Positions 7,144 to 16,199 of a stretch of DNA of 30,710 bases are shown one piece after another (position 1 is the first letter of the stretch; the number at the start of each line of letters is the position of its first letter). A program made the position numbers and the translations under genes. A model generated the notes under the pieces. That model saw only the letters and a program-made list of their open reading frames with translations. It did no database searches and had not been told where the DNA came from. The stretch is from Candidatus Heimdallarchaeota archaeon (GTDB lineage: Archaea; Asgardarchaeota; Heimdallarchaeia; Heimdallarchaeales; Heimdallarchaeaceae). The stretch is from positions 1-30,710 of the forward strand of contig JAEOSZ010000036.1 of the NCBI GenBank assembly GCA_016840095.1, given 5' to 3'.

Positions 7144-9491
7144 ATAAAGACTCTATACGCTCTTTTCTTCTCAGCAACCAATCAGAAAGAATTCCTTTAG
7201 GGAATCTTAAGGTACTTCATCTATTAGTCGAATTAATGGCAGATGATGAAGAAAGAATCAGAAAGAAGAGTTCAGAATTAATTTTAAAATCTGGATTTTT
7301 TCCTACAGATAAGATAATTGATTACTATCTGAAAAATCCACATACACATATTAGACAGATAATTATTAAGAATCTTAAATCCTTCATACCTGTTCTCTAC
7401 AAGTATCTAACAAATGATTCAAGCTTTGATTTAATCTATGAGATAACACATTCTCTTAAACCTGAAGAGCTATTTAAGCCATTAAAAGCGGCTTATAAGG
7501 TCGTTCCTACACTTTCAACTCTCACAGAACTTGCATTAAGAACTTGTGATTCAGATTTTTCGAATTTGGAAGATACTTATATAACATTCAATTTCGTTTC
7601 AGAACAATCTAAAGAAATAAAGAAAATTCTATTGTATAGATTAAAGCAATCAAAAACATTGTATAGCGAATTAACACTTCTTACTGTTACTAAATACCCA
7701 GAATTGGCTGAATTGATTATTAAAAGTATCAAAGACATTGTTCTCAAAGACAAAAATGAAGTTAGTATCCAATATGGTGCTTCAGCTTTGATGTTAGTTG
7801 ATGATCCTAAAAACAGTGACGTCTTAATAGAAAGATTGTCGAATAAAACAGATTCAAATGAAACTAAACTAACAATCATAGAAGCTCTAGGTAATCTTGG
7901 TAATACTAATGCTTGCGAAGTTCTAGTAAAACAATTCGAAAAAGGAGAGCCTTTAGCATATTATGCTGCAAGATCTTTGGCATTACTTGGAGAAGCTGTT
8001 CTTCCATTTCTTATTTCTGCTCTTGAAGAAGATAAGAATGTTCCCTATATTATTGAATCTATGAAAAGAATAGGCGAAACAAGCTATGACTCTCTGATGA
8101 GTGCACTTCAAAAGGGTAAGAAAAATGTTAGAAGAAATGCTGCACAATGTCTAACTCTGGTAATGAGTGAAAAATATGGATATGAAGGAGCAATAAGGTT
8201 ACTGACAGGTCAACTAGCAGGAAAGAATCCTGCAGTAATCGAAGCAGTTACAGAAGCCTTACTTACTCTGGGGACACCTTCAATAAGAGTGCTGATAGAA
8301 CAGCTTAATGATGATGATTTAAGGTTAAGGAAGAATGCTGTTGAAGTCTTACATTATTTTGGTGTAAATAATATTGATTTATCATTAGATGGATTACTAG
8401 ATGTTGATAAATTACTTGTAGTAAAACTCGGTATCATTTTGTATATCTATTATCCAGATGAAGAACTTCAGAACTTAGGATATTCTTTTGCTATTCAATC
8501 TGGAAAGATCCAAAGTAAAGATGATGAAATTTTCAAAATTGTTGAACATTCATTGAAGGAAATTGAACCTGAAATTAGGGTAAAAGGATGCGGCATTATG
8601 CCTCAGTTTGGTGCAAAAGCTGTTCCCCCTCTTACTACTCTTCTCACTGATCCAAATATTAAAGTTAGAAGAAGCACAGTTGATTCCCTAAGAAAAATCA
8701 AGAGTAAAAGAGCCTTAATTACTTTGATTAATGCCGCAAAAAGACCTGATGATGTGATTGCAGAAATTGCAACTCGAGCTCTAGGAGAATTAAGAGATCC
8801 TGGAGTTATTGATGTTATCATTAATAATATGAAAAGACCAAAGAAATTAGTTAGGGATGCAGCAGTATATGCAGCTGTTAATATTGGACCTCCAATTGCT
8901 AAGAAGCTGTTTGTTAATCTCAACTCACCAAATAACAATCTAGTTAATGCAACTGTAGAATCTCTTGAACAAATGGATCCTAAAGTTCTAGAGTTTGCAT
9001 TTTCAGATTTAGCCAAGAGAGATGAGAAATGGTTTAGAAATCTACAACGAATTGTTATTAAAATGGGTACTTCCGCTAAGAAAGTACTTAAAGCTAGATA
9101 TACTAAAGAAAAGAACGAGAAAGCTCTAACTAGACTGATTATCTTGCTTTCACATGCTAAAGATACTTCAATAATTTCAAATCTTATTAAGATAATTATC
9201 GAAGACGATGTAAAGACTGGGGTTACAGCCTTTAATAACTTAGGAAAAGATGGTTTAAAACAATTAGTAAAAGAACTGAAGAAAGCATCCCAGAAAAGAC
9301 AAGTCACCTTTATTGAAAAAAGTCGTGGGTTGAAATCTGAGCTAGTAATAGACATCTTAGAGATTTCGAATAAGGAGGATAAGCTAAAGGATTTAACTCC
9401 ACACATAATAAAGAATCACTCAAGAGCAATTAGAAAATATTGTCAAGATAGTAAACTGAATTTTAATGATTACGCTAAGAAATTTCAATGA
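7140..9491 (+). CDS. HEAT-repeat (PBS-lyase-type) alpha-solenoid protein
   Basis: Repeated motifs such as IIEALGNLGN, AARSLALLGE, VRRNAAQCL, LTDPNIKVRRSTVDSLRKI and ATRALGELRD. Overlaps the GTPase stop codon (TTGA). Confidence 0.9.
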   Translation: MNKDSIRSFLLSNQSERIPLGNLKVLHLLVELMADDEERIRKKSSELILKSGFFPTDKIIDYYLKNPHTHIRQIIIKNLKSFIPVLYKYLTNDSSFDLIYEITHSLKPEELFKPLKAAYKVVPTLSTLTELALRTCDSDFSNLEDTYITFNFVSEQSKEIKKILLYRLKQSKTLYSELTLLTVTKYPELAELIIKSIKDIVLKDKNEVSIQYGASALMLVDDPKNSDVLIERLSNKTDSNETKLTIIEALGNLGNTNACEVLVKQFEKGEPLAYYAARSLALLGEAVLPFLISALEEDKNVPYIIESMKRIGETSYDSLMSALQKGKKNVRRNAAQCLTLVMSEKYGYEGAIRLLTGQLAGKNPAVIEAVTEALLTLGTPSIRVLIEQLNDDDLRLRKNAVEVLHYFGVNNIDLSLDGLLDVDKLLVVKLGIILYIYYPDEELQNLGYSFAIQSGKIQSKDDEIFKIVEHSLKEIEPEIRVKGCGIMPQFGAKAVPPLTTLLTDPNIKVRRSTVDSLRKIKSKRALITLINAAKRPDDVIAEIATRALGELRDPGVIDVIINNMKRPKKLVRDAAVYAAVNIGPPIAKKLFVNLNSPNNNLVNATVESLEQMDPKVLEFAFSDLAKRDEKWFRNLQRIVIKMGTSAKKVLKARYTKEKNEKALTRLIILLSHAKDTSIISNLIKIIIEDDVKTGVTAFNNLGKDGLKQLVKELKKASQKRQVTFIEKSRGLKSELVIDILEISNKEDKLKDLTPHIIKNHSRAIRKYCQDSKLNFNDYAKKFQ

Positions 9492-9500
9492 TTCTAAGTT

Positions 9501-10565
9501 TTAGTAAAGTTTTTCTAATGGTATTTGACCTGCACCAATATCTTCTTTTTTATCTAGTAAGCTCGAAAAAGTCTTCACAATACTAGGAGCTGCAGATAAT
9601 TCAAAATATAAGGGTATATTCACGTGGAACATCTTCTTTGATGCTGCTGCAGTTATCCACTCATTTGTAGAATCACAGATACTGACTTGTGTATGATAAG
9701 AATCAATTATTTCCAATGAATCTATTGATGAAAATAATTCTCCAAAATCCTTCTTTACTCTGTTAATACTTTCCTTCTCATTGTTTATTTCTGAAGAGCG
9801 AAGAATATGAAAATAACCTGCTTCTTCCAACCACATAGATGATGCTGTAGATATATCGTAGAGACTAACTCTTGGAAATCTTTCAAGAATAGGAGTAATT
9901 ACTTTCAGTAGTTTTCTCTTTTTCAGTACAGAGTCAGAACACTGATTGGTAGAGGTTGTAACTACGTAATCTTTGGCACAATAAAGAGCATTTTCAGAAA
10001 TAATTTCATCATTTTTGCTAATACTAATTCCTGAATTATCATTAATTACCTTAACATCATTTTCAATAGCTAGCTTCAGGAAAGTTGTGTATAACTCATA
10101 GGGATTAGAACATGTGGCGGAATTGTATATCTCTGTGAGATAAATTTCCTTAGATGTGTTTATGAAAGGGTAATAAGATTCAATTTCTTCAATTGATAAA
10201 TTTGTGTGCCGAATTTTTGTATTTGTAAGTTTATCCCTATGTTCACTCATTTGTTCAATTGAAAATTTATCTCTGTAAAGAACAAGATATGGATTCTGAT
10301 AGAATTCAAAATATGCTGTAGTTGAATGAAGATCTGTAATAATCTCTTTTGTTCTATGAAATACCTTTTCCATTAAGTTAGCTGGTAGTTTAAATAGGGG
10401 GAAAATACTTCCAGGAGTGTATATTGTAGAATTAATATTTTCTGTTTTCCTTAAAACTAGATTTATGGTTTTGTCTTGATTCTTTGTTGAAAGGAAATAC
10501 GAAAACATCGCAGCTACTAATCCTTCTCCTTCAATTAATATATCACTCTGAATATTCTCATCCAT
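9501..10565 (-). CDS. Divergent FAD-dependent oxidoreductase-like protein (DAO / sarcosine oxidase beta fold)
   Basis: N-terminal DILIEGEGLVAAMFSYFL resembles a dinucleotide-binding motif. LSIEEIESYYPFI and NPYELYTTFLKLAIENDVKV match typical DAO-family segments. Confidence 0.6.
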   Translation of the reverse strand: MDENIQSDILIEGEGLVAAMFSYFLSTKNQDKTINLVLRKTENINSTIYTPGSIFPLFKLPANLMEKVFHRTKEIITDLHSTTAYFEFYQNPYLVLYRDKFSIEQMSEHRDKLTNTKIRHTNLSIEEIESYYPFINTSKEIYLTEIYNSATCSNPYELYTTFLKLAIENDVKVINDNSGISISKNDEIISENALYCAKDYVVTTSTNQCSDSVLKKRKLLKVITPILERFPRVSLYDISTASSMWLEEAGYFHILRSSEINNEKESINRVKKDFGELFSSIDSLEIIDSYHTQVSICDSTNEWITAAASKKMFHVNIPLYFELSAAPSIVKTFSSLLDKKEDIGAGQIPLEKLY

Positions 10566-10615
10566 ACAATATAATTTAGGAATAGGTATTTAAACCTTCA
10601 ATTTCTGGAAAGGAT

Positions 10616-10885
10616 ATGGCACATGATATTGTATTAAAAGTAATAAAACAAGAAGGAACTTGTGCAGCTGGACAGAAAATTGGTGATGAAATCCTCATTA
10701 GTTTTGAAAAAAATGAGATAAAGGGAAAGATTTGTTTACACGCTTTATATTCAGTTTTACCCAAAGTATTCGCCATGGCATATGGTGCTGAATTTCCTTG
10801 GCTTGAAGATGGAGATGTTTCTACACATGCTTGTCCTGATGCTTGGAATCCACTAGTTTATGAAGTAAAAAGAATTAGGGAGTAG
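10616..10885 (+). CDS. TIGR04076-family small Cys protein
   Basis: Pattern GTCAAGQKIGD...ICLHAL...FPW...ACPD. Confidence 0.8.
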   Translation: MAHDIVLKVIKQEGTCAAGQKIGDEILISFEKNEIKGKICLHALYSVLPKVFAMAYGAEFPWLEDGDVSTHACPDAWNPLVYEVKRIRE

Positions 10886-11822
10886 AACCTCCCAATACAG
10901 CTAGACGAACAATCTTATCTACAATGAAAACTAGCAGAAAAGCCAAAAATACCCAGAGTAAAATTTCCTTAGTTGTATAAGCCCATTTGGGCTTTTGGTT
11001 GAACAGTATTCCTATTGCAAGAAAGATAGCTAATGCCCCTACACAACATCCAATTACTACACTAGGAATGAATAGTTGTCCTTGGAATATTCCTCCATAA
11101 ATCAAGGCAATTAATGCTCCAGCAATTAATCCTAGAAGAAAAATATGCGCAATAACAGCAGTTTTCTTCTTTCCATATTTTACAGCTATGGTTCTCACTC
11201 CAGCTTCTCTGTCACCTTCAATGTCTGGTAAACCTTTGATTATCTCTCTACCCACATTTCCAGAACCTGCACAAGCACCTACAGCAATTGGAACCCAAGC
11301 AAAAGATCCATAGATCAAATAGGTATGTAATGAACCATAAACAAAGAGAGCTAATACGCAGATACCTATTGAAAGGTTACCCCAAAATCCTAGTTTCTTC
11401 AGTTTAAAATCATATAGATCCAATAAACCTCCAAAGAGAATAGCTGTAGCAACGCTTAAACCATAGAGATTATAGATGATATCAATTGAAATTGCAACAC
11501 CTAGAGCTAAAGATGCAATGATAATTCCATATATCCATGCTGCTTTTACTGAAATTTTTCCAGTAGGTAAAGGTCTATGAGGAGCATTGATTGCATCCTC
11601 CTCTCTGTCTGCTATATCATTAAAAATCATAGCTTGTGATGATACCAACATAGCAGCAATGACGACTAGTATCATGGGAAGAGGGTCGAAATCTATTCCA
11701 TCTGGATAAGAGAGAACAACACCAAAAGCAGCAGCGAAACCTGCAACAATTCCATTAACTAATCTTAGAATTGTAATATATGAAAGAAAAATTTCTTTCT
11801 TAGAAAACTGACTAGTAGCCAT
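10875..11822 (-). CDS. UbiA-family prenyltransferase, probable digeranylgeranylglyceryl phosphate synthase
   Basis: NDIADREEDAINAPHRPLPTG and REIIKGLPDIEGDREAG Asp-rich motifs; multiple TM helices. Confidence 0.88.
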   Translation of the reverse strand: MATSQFSKKEIFLSYITILRLVNGIVAGFAAAFGVVLSYPDGIDFDPLPMILVVIAAMLVSSQAMIFNDIADREEDAINAPHRPLPTGKISVKAAWIYGIIIASLALGVAISIDIIYNLYGLSVATAILFGGLLDLYDFKLKKLGFWGNLSIGICVLALFVYGSLHTYLIYGSFAWVPIAVGACAGSGNVGREIIKGLPDIEGDREAGVRTIAVKYGKKKTAVIAHIFLLGLIAGALIALIYGGIFQGQLFIPSVVIGCCVGALAIFLAIGILFNQKPKWAYTTKEILLWVFLAFLLVFIVDKIVRLAVLGGSTP

Positions 11823-11879
11823 ACCAGAAAGATGTAGAAAGTTAGTTTTAAAATTTACTAAGAAAAGTTAGGTTAGAAT

Positions 11880-12035
11880 CTATAGTTTTACTTTGATCTT
11901 TACATCTTTTACTTCTTCTTCTATACCTTTCAATGAGTCTACAATTGCTAAAACTAATTTCTCAGTAATTGAAGTAACAAATTGATTTAAGGGAACATCT
12001 TTTTCATTAACAAATATTTTTACTTCCTTAGCCAT
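11880..12035 (-). CDS. Small protein resembling a stand-alone MobB C-terminal domain
   Basis: VKIFVNEKDVPLNQFV...SLKG pattern. ATG at 12035 is preferred as start. Confidence 0.55.
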   Translation of the reverse strand: MAKEVKIFVNEKDVPLNQFVTSITEKLVLAIVDSLKGIEEEVKDVKIKVKL

Positions 12036-12135
12036 AATGATCAATTTTACCATTAACTGAGTCATATATATTTTTTTAGGAAACTCAATCAGACAAAAAA
12101 TATGAATGATAGAGATTTACTTAGTTGAATAGATA

Positions 12136-12591
12136 ATGGAAACTGAAACCAAAGAAACCTCGAATTCTGAAAATGGTAATAAGATTCCTATTAAAGAAAG
12201 AATCAAGGGATTTAAGAGAGAATTAATTGTGTTTGCAATTACATTCACACTAAACAGTTCACTTATGTTTCTTATGTTTCTTGCTCCATATGAGACTCAA
12301 GCTTATTGGGTTGGAATGACAGCTGCACCTTTACTTGGAGGTTTTATCAGAGGTTTTTTCAGCAAAAATGAAGGTAAAAAATTCCTTATATTCACTTTCT
12401 TCTGGGGTGTATTTTTGGCTTGTGTCTACATTCCGTTTTATGGAGTTTTGTGGTCAAACTTCGACTGGTTTGGACTCTATGTTATGATGGGTTCTGGTAC
12501 AGCAGCAATTATGTATGCTGCTTCCGGAATTGGTTTTGCACTAAGAAATTCAAAACTGAAACAAATAAGAATATTTCAAAAATCTAAATAA
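12136..12591 (+). CDS. Hypothetical 4-TM membrane protein
   Basis: Four hydrophobic segments in a 151-aa ORF; no family recognised. Confidence 0.7.
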   Translation: METETKETSNSENGNKIPIKERIKGFKRELIVFAITFTLNSSLMFLMFLAPYETQAYWVGMTAAPLLGGFIRGFFSKNEGKKFLIFTFFWGVFLACVYIPFYGVLWSNFDWFGLYVMMGSGTAAIMYAASGIGFALRNSKLKQIRIFQKSK

Positions 12592-12642
12592 TGCAATGTT
12601 AAGTCAAAAATAAAAAATAAAAGTAGAAAAGGATGCTCTTCC

Positions 12643-13440
12643 TTATTTTAGCTTTATAGTTGGATTAGGATCATCTTTTCCGTGCATTTCAATTTCAACT
12701 AGTCCTGCAGCTTCAAGCATTTGAACGTATCTTAAAATTGCGTGAGTTGAAGATCCAGTTGACATTGCTAGTCTTTTAAGTTCAATGACTCTGTATTTTT
12801 CTAGAGTTGACAACCAGCTGTAGGATGGATCTGATTCTGCTATTATTTGAAATCTCTTGAGAGCTTCTTCTTTGTCCCTGAGATCAGTCTTGATTTGTTC
12901 TAATCTAGTAGAATCTGTCAATAGTTCATTGTATTTATTTTCAATTGTAGCCTTTTCGTCTTTTGCTTCTTCTAACTTGGCTTCAATTTCGGACTTGGCA
13001 CTTTCCATCTCTGAAATACTTTCTCTCAGTTTATCGATTGTATGCTGTTTGTCTTGATAATCTTCAGTTTTCTCATTTAGTTCTCTTTGAGCATTAGCTA
13101 AATCTGTTTCCTTTTTCATTGAATCATTTTTTAGTTCTTGAAGTTCATTTGAAAAATTATCTTTCTCTTCTTTGAGTTTAGCATTTTCTTCTTTTAGAGA
13201 ATTCACTTCATTTTCTAGATTTGTTTTTACTGATTCAATATCAGCTAGTCCTTCTAATTTAGCTTTGAGATCATCTAGTTCTTGTTGTTGAGCATTATTC
13301 TTCTCTGAGAGTTCACCATTATTGTTTTCTAACTCTTCAATTTTGGTTTGTAAGTTTTGTATCTTGTTTTCTAACTCTGTGATTTTGATTGCATCACTGA
13401 CTGAAATACTTCCATTTTCATCTGTCAAATTACTCACCAA
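12643..13440 (-). CDS. Long coiled-coil protein with C-terminal winged-helix domain
   Basis: About 185 aa of E/K/N/L heptads, followed by IELKRLAMSTGSSTHAILRYVQMLEAAGLVEI (wHTH pattern). Confidence 0.75.
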   Translation of the reverse strand: MVSNLTDENGSISVSDAIKITELENKIQNLQTKIEELENNNGELSEKNNAQQQELDDLKAKLEGLADIESVKTNLENEVNSLKEENAKLKEEKDNFSNELQELKNDSMKKETDLANAQRELNEKTEDYQDKQHTIDKLRESISEMESAKSEIEAKLEEAKDEKATIENKYNELLTDSTRLEQIKTDLRDKEEALKRFQIIAESDPSYSWLSTLEKYRVIELKRLAMSTGSSTHAILRYVQMLEAAGLVEIEMHGKDDPNPTIKLK

Positions 13441-13510
13441 TAGGTAATAGAAACTATGTTCTTTCTATCAAACAGATTTGATTTCATGTTATTAAAAGAT
13501 TATGAATGTG

Positions 13511-14650
13511 TTAAGTCGTTTCACCAACGTCAACTATTCCCTCAGCTGTAATACTGAAGACAGTTTCTATCTCAGGGATATGAGGACTATCAATAACTCG
13601 AGCTATTCTTTTGTCTCCTTTACCTTTTCTTAGGAAAACTCTAGTTGTGCATGAATGTGCTACAATATTACCTCCAATTGGGAAAATTGTTTCACCATAG
13701 AGAACATCTGGCTTTGTAAGAACCTGATTTGTTGCCAAAACTGCTATATCATAAACTTCGGCTAATCTAAGAAGTTGATGTAAGTATTTGTTTAGCTTCT
13801 GTTGTCTTTCAAGAAGTGAACCTCTTCCAGCATACTCAGCTCTGAAGTGACTTGTTAAAGAATCTATGATCATTAACTTAACATTTCCATCTTTAATAAT
13901 CTTAGGACTTTCAAGAACTAAAACCATCTGATGATCAGAGTTGTAAGCTCTTCCAACATTTATTCGACCTAGAACTTCTTGGGGATCAGCACCAAATCTT
14001 TGACAGATTTGCACTATTCTTTCTGGTCTAAAAGTTCCTTCTGTATCGATATAGACAACTCCAGATTCAAGTCCACCTAATTTTTTATCCATAGCAGTCA
14101 TGACACATAATTGAAAACAGATTTGTGTCTTTCCTGTTCGAAATTCACCTGAAACCTCAGTCAAAGAACTAGTTTCAACTCCACCAGCTAGTAAAGCATC
14201 TAAAGACTTACTTCCTGTTGGTATTTTGACCAATTTCTTTCTAGTTTTTAGTAACTCTTTTGCATTTTGAAATCCTATACCCACTTGACCTCTTGCAGCA
14301 GTAATCAATCGTTTTGCAGTTTGTTCCCCTATCTCACAGTGTTCTACTAATTCTATTGGAGATGCATGAGCAACAGCTGCTAGAGTAAGATAACCCGATG
14401 ACATTAATTTGTCAGCTACAGCTGGACCAATACCCGGAATTCTATTCACAGCAACATCACTAAGGTCTTTTGATTCTTTCTGAGCTGTTTTTGGTCTTTG
14501 TTTGGGAAGAATTTCTTGAATCCAATCCTCAGGGTCTTTTTTCTCTTTTTCTTTTGTATTTTTGGTTACTGGAGGTTTCTTAGCAGGAGGTTTTTTAGTA
14601 GGAGTCTCCTTTGTTTGTGTAGTTTTAGGAGGTTCTTCTTTCTTTGACAT
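13511..14650 (-). CDS. radA: DNA repair and recombination protein RadA (Rad51-like) with K/P/T-rich N-terminal extension
   Basis: N-terminal Hh[13 protein letters not shown], polymerisation motif FQNA, Walker [22 protein letters not shown], Walker B LMIIDS. Confidence 0.97.
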   Translation of the reverse strand: MSKKEEPPKTTQTKETPTKKPPAKKPPVTKNTKEKEKKDPEDWIQEILPKQRPKTAQKESKDLSDVAVNRIPGIGPAVADKLMSSGYLTLAAVAHASPIELVEHCEIGEQTAKRLITAARGQVGIGFQNAKELLKTRKKLVKIPTGSKSLDALLAGGVETSSLTEVSGEFRTGKTQICFQLCVMTAMDKKLGGLESGVVYIDTEGTFRPERIVQICQRFGADPQEVLGRINVGRAYNSDHQMVLVLESPKIIKDGNVKLMIIDSLTSHFRAEYAGRGSLLERQQKLNKYLHQLLRLAEVYDIAVLATNQVLTKPDVLYGETIFPIGGNIVAHSCTTRVFLRKGKGDKRIARVIDSPHIPEIETVFSITAEGIVDVGETT

Positions 14651-14750
14651 GATTTCACTTTCTCTTTTACTGGTAGAATAATATGTTTTCTATATATAAG
14701 AAATGCCTTTTTTCAGTTGATAAACTTAATGGATACCTTGTTTATTATTT

Positions 14751-15236
14751 TTATTCTTTGATATTTTCATTTTGATATTTGCCTGAATATCCCTTCTTTG
14801 TTTCATCTTTGGTTTCAATAAAAACTATTTGAGCAATCCTTGCATTTTGATGAAGAGTTATATTTGCATAAACAAGAAACAGACCTACTCCTCTCCCCTT
14901 ATAACCGGGATCCCAAACAGCTGAACAAACAGTTGCTCCAGATCTCATTAAACTTGATCTAGGTAAAACGATACCTATAGCATTAAGTGGAACATCTACA
15001 ATTTCATTGTACTTCACAAGATATCCTCCTGGTTTGATGTCCCATTTGCCATCTATAGGTGAGATTATTTTGTGTTCAGGAATAACTCTTTTTGAATTAT
15101 CAAAATCAACTACTCCACCATCTTCTAATTCAATAAGCTCTTTAATGGATAAATCAAAACCCGCAATTTGGGTCTGAGTATCGGAGTCAATGTACTCTTT
15201 GATGATTGTATCTGAAAAAGGAGGTAAGAATACCAT
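14751..15236 (-). CDS. dut: Trimeric dUTPase (archaeal dUTPase/dCTP deaminase family)
   Basis: AGFDL, PRSSLMR, VWDPGYKG, RIAQ and YSGKYQ motifs. Confidence 0.85.
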   Translation of the reverse strand: MVFLPPFSDTIIKEYIDSDTQTQIAGFDLSIKELIELEDGGVVDFDNSKRVIPEHKIISPIDGKWDIKPGGYLVKYNEIVDVPLNAIGIVLPRSSLMRSGATVCSAVWDPGYKGRGVGLFLVYANITLHQNARIAQIVFIETKDETKKGYSGKYQNENIKE

Positions 15237-15271
15237 GAGTCTTAATTCATAGTACTGTTTTAAACTTTTTA

Positions 15272-16195
15272 CTATGATTGAAACATCCTAGAAACAAGTT
15301 TTTTCCTGCAATTAGGACACTGTGGTTTTACTTTGATCCATTCAACAATATGTGCAAAGTGTGAAGGAATTTCACAGAACGGACATCTAACAAAACTTTC
15401 TCCAGCTTTAATTGGAGACATACATACACTACATCTCTCATCTAAATCAGAAGTAGCGATTTTCAAAGGTTGTGTAACTGGAGACTTTGATGCAGGTATG
15501 GGTTTAGCTTCTACTTCAGTTTCTTCTTCCTCTTCTTTTACTTCAGCAGCTATTTCCTCTAGTTCTTCCAGGCTTACTTTTTCTTCAACTTCTTGAATAA
15601 CAATAGATTGATCAATTGTACCTACTTCAACTACATCACTTGGTGTTATGTCAGCTACTGATTTTCCAATGGTAGCTAAAACTGCATCAGCTTCTTCTTC
15701 TAAGCCTTTTTCGAAGAGAATGTATGCTGAAATTTCTGTTTCTCCACTGTCATAGAAGTATCTAGAGAGGTTTCTAACCATTTCTTCTTCTCTTTCTGGA
15801 GCATATCTAGAAATAATTTGAATAGAATCTGGAACAAATTCTCTTCCTTTGGCAGCTATAGATTTAGCAGCGCCGAAAACTCTTCCTGTTTTGAGGTATT
15901 CTTCTTTAGCTCTATCGAACATCCCTGCACGGAAGTATTCATCAGCGCTTGCATAAGCAGCACGAGAATCAGATTCAATACTTTCTGAATAGTCAGATCT
16001 GTCTCCAGGTGATGTAGATTCATATGGTGTTACACCTGTTCTGGAAAATTGCGTTTGTCCTGATGGTTGATATGGTTTATACCTCTTCTTTGGAGCATTC
16101 TTCTTCTTCTTGCTTTTAACAGCAGCTCTTGCTGCCACTATCAAAGAGATGGCAATGAAAACCAAGAAGATTAATAATCCGTATTCCATAGGCAT
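15272..16195 (-). CDS. Membrane-anchored protein with short alpha-solenoid and C-terminal RING finger; putative E3 ubiquitin ligase
   Basis: N-terminal TM followed by a poly-Lys stop-transfer. Helical repeats ADEYFRAGMFDRAKEEYLKTG. C-x2-C-x12-C-x2-C-x4-H-x2-H-x3-W-x6-C-P-x-C at the C-terminus. Confidence 0.82.
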   Translation of the reverse strand: MPMEYGLLIFLVFIAISLIVAARAAVKSKKKKNAPKKRYKPYQPSGQTQFSRTGVTPYESTSPGDRSDYSESIESDSRAAYASADEYFRAGMFDRAKEEYLKTGRVFGAAKSIAAKGREFVPDSIQIISRYAPEREEEMVRNLSRYFYDSGETEISAYILFEKGLEEEADAVLATIGKSVADITPSDVVEVGTIDQSIVIQEVEEKVSLEELEEIAAEVKEEEEETEVEAKPIPASKSPVTQPLKIATSDLDERCSVCMSPIKAGESFVRCPFCEIPSHFAHIVEWIKVKPQCPNCRKKLVSRMFQS

Positions 16196-16199
16196 GTTA

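Noticed and set aside
8603-9406. 267-aa antisense ORF, plus other nested ORFs (477-818, 2795-3010, 3518-3721, 6157-6393, 7577-7879, 10576-10776, 12857-13057, 15333-15596, 16110-16818, 23355-23872, 28539-28733)
   Set aside because: Shadow frames overlapping well-supported genes, with no recognisable motifs.
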